A DNA stretch of 62,237 bases, counting the filler. It is 4 parts of 4 records of this genome, joined end to end, with 100 filler letters (N's around TTAATTAATTAA, not from the genome) between each part and the next. Parts side by side here need not be neighbours in the genome. Positions count along the whole stretch, not along the records: positions 27,492 to 47,761 come from DRR723986_6718; positions 47,862 to 57,008 come from DRR723986_6730; 2 more parts are not named here. One strand, written 5' to 3'. A program made the position numbers and the translations under genes. The notes under the pieces are model-generated. The model had not been told where the DNA came from. It did no database searches and saw only the letters and a program-made list of their open reading frames with translations. This document shows, piece by piece, positions 43,501 to 52,738 of this stretch (its first letter is position 1; every line of letters begins with the position of its first letter).

Positions 43501-46500
43501 GGGTATGTCGTGACGCCGCCCGGCAATGGCCTGCCCGAAGGTGCAATTTATATTCTGTTTCTGCAACGCGATGGAAGCGTCAAATCCGTGCAGCGAATTG
43601 CACGTAATTCCGGACGCTTCAATGGCGGAAGTTCGGCCGTATCGTCGAGGTATTTGGGGACTTCGATTGCCAAAATCGGCGATTTGAACGGCGACGGAAT
43701 TCCCGATCTGCTTGTTGGGCGGGGCGAAGGGAGCGGCAACTCTGCTGCCTTTGTATTCTTTATGAGAGTCAATGGCAAGATAGATTCTTATACTGAAATT
43801 TCACCTGCGGCGGGTAACGTATCGAGTGAAGTTGACCCAAATGACCTATTCGGTCAATCAGTCGCTTTTCTCGGCGACATCGATAATAACGGACTTGTTA
43901 ACATTGCAATCGGCGATCCGAGTAAAGCAGGTGGCGGGGCGATATTTCTGTTTGACCTCGATGCCGGCGGTGCGCCAAGCAATGAAATTGTGCTCAATGG
44001 CACCTCAGGCAACTTTAGCGCGCTTGAAAGTGGATTTGTTGGATTTGGGCTCAACGCGCCCGGTGACATAGATCAGGACGGCAACAAAGATATGTTCGTG
44101 GGTTCGCGTTTAGAACCGACAAATGGCATTAACTACGGTGCCGTTTGGCCGGTATTCATGAACTCGTCACCCGCTATTAGAGCATCACTTAAGTTAGCGC
44201 GCGGTTTAAACGGCGTTGGCCGCACAATGATTCCTGACGGCCGCTTTGGAGTCGACCTTAGTCGGTTCCGTGATCTGGACGGCGATGGCCTGCCCGAATT
44301 TCTTGTGGGAGCGTCGCGGGAAGGAAACAATCGCGGCAAAGTATACCTGTTTGAGTTGCGGCGGGGCCAGGAATCTCTGGCGTTCAGCACAACAGCTTCG
44401 AACCGACTGAACGGATTTAATCTCGGTGGGTATACGGTCGCACCGCAGGAATCAATCTCAATTGATCTGGGGCTCTTTGATTTCAGTGTCACACCCACAA
44501 GCACACTGGCAACGCTTACGGCCGCTACATCAATAACAGTTAACATTGCGGAGAGCAATCGCGCAAGCTTTGCAACTGTGACTGCGGCAAACGGAACGTC
44601 CAGCTCACTGGGGATTTCCTTGTCTGACGATGGGCGCATAGCCACGATCAGTAACGTAACGACTGCACATGTTCAGCTGGCGGCTTCGTTTAACTGGAGT
44701 GGTAGTGTGCACACAACTGTGACCTTGACGGTGGCCGGCGTCGGGCTTAACAGTACCAGCCTGGTTATCACAGTCCTGCGTCCGCGGCTGCGGAGCAATG
44801 GATTGGTTTCGACTTCACATAAAATTTCGGCTCTCAATGGATTGACCGGTCCACTTGGCACAAATGACAATTTTGGTTCTTCAATTGCAGTGCCAGGCGA
44901 TATTGATGGTGATGGAATTGAAGACGTTGTTGTAGGGGCCTTCCGCGATGATGATGGAGGTGGAGATGTCGGTGCAGTTTATGTGCTTCTGTTAAACAGT
45001 GACGGAAGTATTAAAAGTGAGCAAAAGATTTCTGCTACGCAAGGTGGATTTTCCGAAACGCTAACTTCCTCTGACTACTTTGGTTATGGTGTGGCAGCGA
45101 TTGGTGACCTGAACGGCGACGGCGTTCCTGACATTGCAGTCGGCGCTCCCAGAGATAATGATGGCGCATCCGACAATGGCGCTGTGTACATCATCTTTTT
45201 GAAGCGTGACGGGACTGTTAAGTCTTCGCAAAAGCTCAGCGAACTTTCCGGAGGCCTCGGACTGTTCGATTATGACGGCGTACGTTTTGGAGTTGGACTC
45301 GGGAGTATTGGTGATCTGAATAATGACGGTGTTAACGACTTAGTGGTTGGGGCCAACGAAGACGATGATGGTGGTTCGACCCGCGGCGCTGCATACATCC
45401 TCTATTTGCGTGAAGATGGTACCGTCATCAGCAAAAGCAAGATTTCTGATACTCAAGGTGCTTTTAACGCGACCTTTAACGACTTCGACCGTTTTGGCGA
45501 CGGCGCAATCGGCATTGGAGACTTGGATGGTGACGGCATTGAAGATGTCGCCGTCGGTAGTGAACTGGATGATGATGGTTCCGGTAACAGCGGTGCGATT
45601 TACATCTTATTCCTGAACACTGACGGCAGCGTTAAAAGTGAGCAAAAGATTTCGCAGCTGGAAGGCGATTTTGGTGGGGAAACTGACGGTGACACCTTTG
45701 GTGAAGCAATTGCCAATCTTGGTGATATTAATGGCGATGGCGTAGTTGACCTGCTCGTTGGTGCCAACGAAGATGATGATGGTGCCACCGGCAACGGCTC
45801 GGCCTGGGTTCTATTTTTGGATTCGGATGGAACAGTAAAACACGAGCAAAAAATTAGTTCACTCAGTGGTGGATTAGGCAATGTGCTCAGCACCGGGTCA
45901 CGTTTTGGGCAGGCCACCGGCGTGTTAAATGATATCAATCAGGATGGCAGGCCTGAACTATTGGTCGGTGCTCCATTTGATAATGACGGCTCTTCAGGTG
46001 CCGGAGCACTGTTTATCCTTGGCATGCAGGAATCCGCCGACCGCATGGCATTCAGCTTAACGACTGCATCTGGAACTGACGGTTTTCAGGCCAATGATCC
46101 CGTCGTGTATCTCAACAACCTGAACCAGCGCACAGTCCAGGTCAGTAGCGCTACATTCAACGCGGCCGGCGAACAGCAAGCAGTGGCATTCTCTAACGTG
46201 GCGGCAAATCTGAGTGTCACAAATGCTTCGGGCACGCAGATTGACTTTGCGCAAATGCATTTTGGTTTTACCACATCCGCCACTCAGGCACTTGCCGCAT
46301 TTGATTGGCCGGGGACGGTGCCAACAACGGCGCAGTTAAGCCTGGCTGCGCAAAATGGTGAGTTAAACTCAACAATTATGACGATTCAGCTGCGCTACCG
46401 CAGGCTGGGTTTGGCGTACAGTACAACGGCGTACAATGGCATTAATGGATTTAACAATAGCGATCTGTCAATAGATGAATTCGAAAGCGTGCCCGTTACG

Positions 46501-47761
46501 CTGGGTTCTTTTAATCTAGAAAATTTCCTTTCGCAGGCCACCAGCGCGCAGGTGACACTTAACATGCGCATTTTGCAGAGTAGCAGTGCAAGTTTTGCGT
46601 CTGTGCTTGGCGGCAGTTTGATTTCTGCACAGCATTTGATCGTTACGCTTGGGACACAGGTGGCGGCGACGAGTTTAACACTACAATTTGCGCGCGACTT
46701 TGACAATTCAACGACCTTCAGTTTACAGCTTACGGCGGCACATCTTGCCCCAACCACAATTTCGGTTGTGATCAATAACGTGCACCCAATTGCTGTCAAC
46801 GATACACGCACAACTTGTGAAAATCAGGCTGTTAATATCTCGCTGAGTGACAATGACTCTCATCCTTTGGCTTTAGCAACGACAATTCAGACTGTCACGC
46901 AGGGCACGGCCGGTTCGGTTGTAATTAACCCGGATGCGACATCGGCGACGTACACACCCAACATGGGCTTCTTTGGTACGGACTCTTTTGAATATACGAT
47001 CACGGATTCGCGTGGTGGTTATTCAACTGCGTCAGTCACTGTGACGGTTTTTGAAAACCCGAACTCGATTATTAGTGGAACAACCGCAGCATGTGTAGAT
47101 CCACTGATATATGCTTATTCGGTTACTGCCGAAGCCGGCGAACTTTATCATTGGAAGGTGACGGGTGCTACGCTTCTAGGTAGTTCAACAGCCAACAATA
47201 TCAGTGTGCGTTGGGATGAGGTGGCTTCGCCCCAAAACCGTCTTGTTTTCCTCCGGGTAACAAGTGCAGATGCATGCAGTATTACCACAAGCTTAAACGT
47301 GCAGGTTTTTCCCAAACCGGACCTGGTGCTTAGCGGCGATACGGATGTCTGCGCTGATTCCACATTCACATATTCTGCGTTCGACAATCACACAACGGCG
47401 AGTTTGTGGCATTGGAGTGTATCCGGTGCAACGATTCTCGGCTCAGCCACGGGAACGACTGTGACCCTGTTGTGGGACACGGTCACAACGCCAAGTACGC
47501 GCACCCTAACTTTGTTGGCGACGGGTGCAAACCTTTGTTCAACAAGTACGAGCCTTAGCGTTGACGTCTTCCCAAATCCGCTTCTGAGTATTTCTGGTGA
47601 TGTTGATGTCTGTTCTGACTCAACATTTGTGTACTCTGTTACAGATGCAAATGCCACGGGAATTACAGAATATGTTTGGAGTGTTTCGGGGGCGACAATC
47701 ATTGGCAGTTCCAGTGGATCGACATTGACGGTTCAGTGGCAAACAGAAACGGTATTAAGCC
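34507..47761 (+). CDS. Giant secreted repeat protein (>4400 aa, 3'-truncated): Pmp-like beta-helix, six modules of six FG-GAP repeats, Ig/PKD-like domains
   Basis: Signal peptide (..QQLDA-ATYTVTNLNDSGAGSLRAA); GGAI/FxxN repeats; 36 FG..GDLDGDGxxDxAVGA..GAVYILF repeats; PIAVND..YTPNMGFFGTDSFEYTITD Ig domain; ISG..C..YSV..W.V.GA repeats; no stop before the linker. Confidence 0.95.
36558..46030 (+). repeat. Six tandem FG-GAP modules, each about 1.25 kb and separated by about 0.4-kb beta-rich spacers
   Basis: Approximate module spans 36558-37840, 38221-39470, 39851-41097, 41478-42711, 43132-44360 and 44782-46030; six DxDGDG-type repeats counted in each. Confidence 0.9.
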
Positions 47762-47861
47762 NNNNNNNNNNNNNNNNNNNNNNNNNNNNNNNNNNNNNNN
47801 NNNNNTTAATTAATTAANNNNNNNNNNNNNNNNNNNNNNNNNNNNNNNNNNNNNNNNNNNN
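47762..47861. other. Artificial contig linker
   Basis: N44-TTAATTAATTAA-N44. Confidence 0.99.
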
Positions 47862-50504
47862 TATCGCCCCGATGGCAACTGCCGCGCCTGTATGGTCGAG
47901 GTCGAAGGCGAGCGCACACTGGTCGCCTCCTGTGTGCGTCCCGCGGCCAACGGAATGGTGGTTAAATCCGACTCTGAGCGGGCCGAGAAATCGCGTGCTC
48001 TGGTGATGGAACTGCTGGTGGCCGACCAACCCGCAGAGGCGCATGACAAGTCCGCCCACTTCTGGGATATGGCCGAACTGAGCAACGTCTCTGAGAGCCG
48101 CTTTCCCGCCAAAGAAGCCGACAAGATTCCTCTGTTGGATGACAGCCACGTGGCGATGCGTGTCAATCTGGATGCCTGCATCAACTGCAACCTGTGCGTT
48201 CGTGCTTGTCGCGAAGTGCAGGTGAATGATGTGATCGGCATGTCCGGTCGTGGTCACACCGCGCAGGTGACATTTGACTTGGCCGACCCTATGGGTGCGT
48301 CAACCTGTGTTGCCTGTGGTGAATGTGTTCAGGCTTGCCCAACGGGTGCATTGATGCCTGCCACGGTGTTGGATGACCAGCAGCAGGGCGACAGCAAGGA
48401 TTTCGATTCCGAAACAGAAAGCGTCTGCCCGTTCTGCGGCGTGGGCTGCAAAGTCAGCCTCAAAGTCAAAGACGGCAAGGTCAAATATGTCGAGGGCATC
48501 AACGGTCCCGCCAATGAGGGCCGCCTGTGCGTTAAGGGCCGGTTTGGGTTCGACTATATTCACCACCCACACCGCCTGACCAAACCGCTGATCCGCCGCG
48601 ACGATGCGCCTGCAAAGGGGCTGAATGTGGATCCTGGTAACATCGGCACCCACTTCCGCGAAGCTTCGTGGGAAGAGGCGATGGATCTGGCCGCGACCAA
48701 GTTGAAGGACTTGCGCGCCGAAGATCCGCGCTCGGTTGCGGGCTTTGGCTCGGCCAAATGCACCAACGAAGAGGCGTATCTGTTCCAGAAGTTCATCCGC
48801 CATGGCTTCAAACACAACAACGTCGATCACTGCACTCGTCTGTGCCATGCGTCCTCGGTCGCGGCACTGATTGAAAACGTTGGTTCGGGCGCGGTGACCG
48901 CGACCTTTAACGAGATCGAAAATGCAGATGTGGCGATCATCATCGGGTCCAACCCGATCGAAAACCACCCTGTCGCAGCGACCTATTTCAAGCAGTTCAC
49001 CAAACGTGGTGGCAAGTTGATCGTGATGGATCCGCGCGGCGTTGGTATGCGCAAATTCGCGACTGAGATGCTGCAATTCCGCCCCGGGGCTGATGTGTCG
49101 ATGCTGAACGCGATCATGCATGTGATCGTCGAAGAGGAACTGTACGACAGCCAGTATATCCACCGCTGGACCGAAAACTGGGAGGCCGAAAAAGAGCACC
49201 TGCGCGATTTCAGCCCCGAGAAAATGTCCAAAATCTGTGGCATTGAACCGGATCAGCTGCGCCGTGTTGCGCGTCTGTTTGCAGGCGCAAATGCGGGTCT
49301 GATTTTCTGGGGCATGGGTGTGTCTCAGCATATCCATGGCACAGATAACTCGCGCTGTCTGATTTCGCTGGCTTTGATGACCGGCAACGTCGGTAAGCCG
49401 GGCGCAGGTCTGCACCCGCTGCGCGGTCAGAACAACGTGCAAGGTGCATCTGATGCGGGTCTGATCCCGATGTTCCTGCCCGATTATCAATCGGTTATGG
49501 ATGATGGCATTCGGTCTAAGTTCAACTCGGTCTGGAATTCTGAAGATGATTTCTCAAGCGAAAAAGGCCTGACCGTCACTGAGATCATTGATCAAGCCTA
49601 TGCTGGCAACATCAAGGGGATGTACATTCAGGGTGAAAACCCGGCGATGTCCGACCCGGATGCGGATCACGCGCGTGCGGCTTTGGCTAATCTCGATCTG
49701 ATGATCGTTCAGGATATCTTCCTGACGGAAACCGCGAACTATGCGGACATCATCCTGCCTGCCTCGGCGCTGTACGAAAAGAATGGCACCGTCAGTAACA
49801 CCAACCGTCAGGTGCAGCGGGTGCGCCCCGCCGTGGCACCTCCGGGTGAGGCGCGCGAGGATTGGAAGATTACGGTTGAGTTGGCGCAGCGCATCGGTCT
49901 GAACTGGGATTACACGGATGTGAGCCAGGTCTTTAACGAGATGAAACAGACGATGGCGTCGTTGAACAACATCACTTGGGAACGTCTCAAGACCGAAACT
50001 ATCACCTATCCGTCGCTGTCTGAAACTGACCCTGGTCAGGCGATTGTGTTTGGCGACGGCTTCCCCCGCTCTGAGGGGCGCGCCCGGTTCACCCCGGCCA
50101 GCGTCATTCCCCCGGATGAAGCCCCGGATGCCGAATACCCGATGATCGCCACCACAGGCCGTCAGCTGGAACACTGGCACACTGGATCGATGACACGCCG
50201 GTCGCTGGTTCTGGATGCTGTTGAACCCGAGGCGAACTGCTCGCTGAACCCGCGCACTCTGAAATTGATGGGTGTCGAACCTGGCGACATGGTTCGTCTG
50301 ACCACGCGGCGCGGTTCGATCGATATTATGGCGCGCGCAGACCGGGCCATTGCCGAAGACATGGTGTTCATCCCGTTCGCTTATGTCGAGGCGGCGGCGA
50401 ATATCCTGACCAACTCAGCCATCGATCCCTACGGTAAAATCCCCGAGTTCAAATTCTCGGCGATCCGGGTGGAAAAGATCACCGACGCAGTCGCGGCGGA
50501 ATAA
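47862..50504 (+). CDS. fdhF: Formate dehydrogenase alpha subunit (Mo/W-bisPGD, Cys-type; 5'-truncated)
   Basis: End of a 2Fe-2S motif (GNCRACMVE), CINCNLCVRAC, CVACGECVQACP, CPFCGVGC, active-site DHCTRLCHAS, PLRGQNNVQG, KIPEFK. Confidence 0.96.
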   Translation, partial: YRPDGNCRACMVEVEGERTLVASCVRPAANGMVVKSDSERAEKSRALVMELLVADQPAEAHDKSAHFWDMAELSNVSESRFPAKEADKIPLLDDSHVAMRVNLDACINCNLCVRACREVQVNDVIGMSGRGHTAQVTFDLADPMGASTCVACGECVQACPTGALMPATVLDDQQQGDSKDFDSETESVCPFCGVGCKVSLKVKDGKVKYVEGINGPANEGRLCVKGRFGFDYIHHPHRLTKPLIRRDDAPAKGLNVDPGNIGTHFREASWEEAMDLAATKLKDLRAEDPRSVAGFGSAKCTNEEAYLFQKFIRHGFKHNNVDHCTRLCHASSVAALIENVGSGAVTATFNEIENADVAIIIGSNPIENHPVAATYFKQFTKRGGKLIVMDPRGVGMRKFATEMLQFRPGADVSMLNAIMHVIVEEELYDSQYIHRWTENWEAEKEHLRDFSPEKMSKICGIEPDQLRRVARLFAGANAGLIFWGMGVSQHIHGTDNSRCLISLALMTGNVGKPGAGLHPLRGQNNVQGASDAGLIPMFLPDYQSVMDDGIRSKFNSVWNSEDDFSSEKGLTVTEIIDQAYAGNIKGMYIQGENPAMSDPDADHARAALANLDLMIVQDIFLTETANYADIILPASALYEKNGTVSNTNRQVQRVRPAVAPPGEAREDWKITVELAQRIGLNWDYTDVSQVFNEMKQTMASLNNITWERLKTETITYPSLSETDPGQAIVFGDGFPRSEGRARFTPASVIPPDEAPDAEYPMIATTGRQLEHWHTGSMTRRSLVLDAVEPEANCSLNPRTLKLMGVEPGDMVRLTTRRGSIDIMARADRAIAEDMVFIPFAYVEAAANILTNSAIDPYGKIPEFKFSAIRVEKITDAVAAE

Positions 50505-50510
50505 CTGAAC

Positions 50511-50546
50511 AAACGGGCGGCCCAATGGGTCGCCCGTTTCACTTTC
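50511..50546 (+). terminator. Hairpin terminator after fdhF
   Basis: AAACGGGCGGCCC-AAT-GGGTCGCCCGTTT followed by CACTTT. Confidence 0.7.
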
Positions 50547-50632
50547 GCACCAAAACGTTTGACGAAACGGTGCATATCTGATCCAAGCGCGCGCATCTGC
50601 CATGCTGCTTTGGGAACCGGGACACTCACACC

Positions 50633-51082
50633 ATGACCACCAACAACCGTATTGCGCTCTCCAGCGATCATGCTGCTATCGAACTCCGTCAGGCCGTTGC
50701 CGCGCATGTTGCGTCGCTGGGTTGGGAAGTGGTCGATATCGGACCCACGAGCCCAGAAAGCACCCATTACCCCAAACACGGCGCGGCCGCAGCACAGCTG
50801 GTGGCCTCGGGCGATTGCCGTCTGGGCATTATCCTGTGTGGCACAGGGCAGGGGATCATGATGGCCGCCAACAAGGTCAAAGGCATTCGTTGCGGTGTCT
50901 GTTCCGAGACGTTTTCCGCCAAGATGATCCGCCAGCACAACAACGCCAACATGCTGTCAATTGGTGCGCGCGTGGTTGGCGAAGGATTGGCGTTGGAAAT
51001 CGCTGAGGCCTTTGTCAGCACTGAGTTTGAAGGCGGTCGTCACGCCACCCGCGTTGACATGATCAATGCGTTGGAAAACTAA
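50633..51082 (+). CDS. rpiB: Ribose-5-phosphate isomerase B
   Basis: SDHAA, HYP, LCGTGQG, AANKVKGIR, HNNANML, FEGGRH. Confidence 0.96.
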   Translation: MTTNNRIALSSDHAAIELRQAVAAHVASLGWEVVDIGPTSPESTHYPKHGAAAAQLVASGDCRLGIILCGTGQGIMMAANKVKGIRCGVCSETFSAKMIRQHNNANMLSIGARVVGEGLALEIAEAFVSTEFEGGRHATRVDMINALEN

Positions 51083-51153
51083 GCCAACACAGCACAAGAC
51101 AGCGGCGTGAAACCTGTTAGGCTGCGTGAAAACAGCCTTTTACGGAGTGTTCC

Positions 51154-51933
51154 ATGCCGCGTCGTTTTGTTGATCTTTCGGTTCCGCTTGAGATGGGGAT
51201 CGTATCAGACCCGCCGATCATGCTGCCCGAGATCGAATACCTGAGCCATGATCAGACCGCCGAACAGGTGATGTCGTTCTTTCCCGGGCTGAAACGCGAG
51301 GATCTGCCCGGTGGCGAAGGTTGGGCGGTTGAACGCCTGTCGATTGCGACCCACAACGGCACGCATCTGGATGCGCCCTATCACCACCATTCGACAATGA
51401 ACAACGGCGAGCGTGCGATCACGATTGATGAGGTTCCACTGGAATGGTGCATGAATCCCGGCGTAAAACTGGATTTTCGCCATTTTGAAGATGGGTATGT
51501 GGTTACGGCAGCAGATGTTGAATCCGAACTGGCGCGGATCGAGCATACCTTGCAACCCTTGGATATTGTCGTGGTGAACACCTCGGCAGGGGTCTGTTAC
51601 GGACAACCCAATTACCTGATCAAAGGCTGCGGAATGGGGCGCGAGGCGACGCTTTATTTGACGGAACGCGGGGTGCGGGTTACCGGCACAGACGCGTGGA
51701 GCTGGGACGCGCCATTCCCGTTGACCGCGCAAGCCTACGCTGAAACGGGCGATGCCTCGATGATCTGGGAAGGGCACCGGGCGTCGATGGACATCGGGTA
51801 TTGCCACATGGAAAAGCTCACCAACCTAGAGGATCTACCGCCCACAGGTTTTGAAATCTCGTGCTTCCCCTTCAAGATCAAAGGCGCATCAGCCGGGTTC
51901 ACTCGCGCAGTTGCGATCTTTGAAGAGACGTGA
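51154..51933 (+). CDS. Cyclase-family metal-dependent hydrolase (kynurenine formamidase-like)
   Basis: HNGTHLDAPYH motif, GTDAWSWD, HMEKLTNL, RAVA. Confidence 0.93.
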   Translation: MPRRFVDLSVPLEMGIVSDPPIMLPEIEYLSHDQTAEQVMSFFPGLKREDLPGGEGWAVERLSIATHNGTHLDAPYHHHSTMNNGERAITIDEVPLEWCMNPGVKLDFRHFEDGYVVTAADVESELARIEHTLQPLDIVVVNTSAGVCYGQPNYLIKGCGMGREATLYLTERGVRVTGTDAWSWDAPFPLTAQAYAETGDASMIWEGHRASMDIGYCHMEKLTNLEDLPPTGFEISCFPFKIKGASAGFTRAVAIFEET

Positions 51934-51935
51934 AT

Positions 51936-52556
51936 TCACTCTGCCAGATGACGGGACATAAACCGTCCCACATCCCCTTCGCTGGGACGTTGGCCGGTAA
52001 ACACCTCGGCATAGTCGGGCATCCGGGCCAGGCGCTTAAATCGGCTTTCTTGAAACTCCATAGATGAATGCCCGGTCTGGGCAAACAAAAGCGCACGGGT
52101 GCGCACTTCGGCTTCGGTTTCCGAAAACCCAAAGTGGGTGAAAATACCTTCGATGGCGATACGACGTTGGGCGTCGGCCTGATCCAAGCGTTGTTGCAGC
52201 GAGGTGTCCGTGCGGGCCCAATTTCGGATCGCCAGATCCAGACGGGAATCGAACAACTCGTCGTCCAACCAGCAGTCGAACAGGTTGAAAATCGCTTCGC
52301 AGATATTCTCGGCATAGGCGTCTATCCGCGTGATCAGCCCGTCAGTATTCTTTGCCTCCCACCGCTGAACCATCGCATCCAGCAGGGCTTCGCGATCCTT
52401 GAAGTGCCAATAGAAACTGGGGCGCGACAAGCCAACCCGCTTTGCCAATGGCATGATTTTCACGGCGTCGATGCCTGCTTCGCACAGCAGATCGGATGCC
52501 GCATCCAGCCAAAGCGTTTCAGAACCACGTAATCGGGAAGGGGGATGTTGCGTCAT
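51936..52556 (-). CDS. TetR/AcrR-family transcriptional regulator
   Basis: GIDAVKIMPLAKRVGLSRPSFYWHFKDREALL HTH. Confidence 0.95.
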   Translation of the reverse strand: MTQHPPSRLRGSETLWLDAASDLLCEAGIDAVKIMPLAKRVGLSRPSFYWHFKDREALLDAMVQRWEAKNTDGLITRIDAYAENICEAIFNLFDCWLDDELFDSRLDLAIRNWARTDTSLQQRLDQADAQRRIAIEGIFTHFGFSETEAEVRTRALLFAQTGHSSMEFQESRFKRLARMPDYAEVFTGQRPSEGDVGRFMSRHLAE

Positions 52557-52738
52557 TCCAAAGATTTAACAAAGCTCTGCGTCAGCCGCAAGAAACGGCC
52601 AGGTTTGTTTGGGCGGTATCCTACTGGTGACTCTGAAACCACGACATACCGCAATTCGACCTAGCGTCATCAAAGGGTTGGACTGGATTTGTGCCTTAGA
52701 TCAGCCTTTGATCGCATTCAGGATCAGAGGGAGCCCCC

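Noticed and set aside
36558..46030. Recurrent GGTGATCTGGATGGTGATGG-like DNA repeats as a CRISPR array or DGR template/variable repeat
   Set aside because: The copies are degenerate at synonymous positions inside an open frame (GDLDGDG codons). I saw no adenine-specific mismatch pattern, and there is no reverse transcriptase or cas gene.
48820..48860. Selenocysteine recoding in fdhF
   Set aside because: The active-site residue is a normal TGC Cys (TRLCH), with no in-frame TGA.
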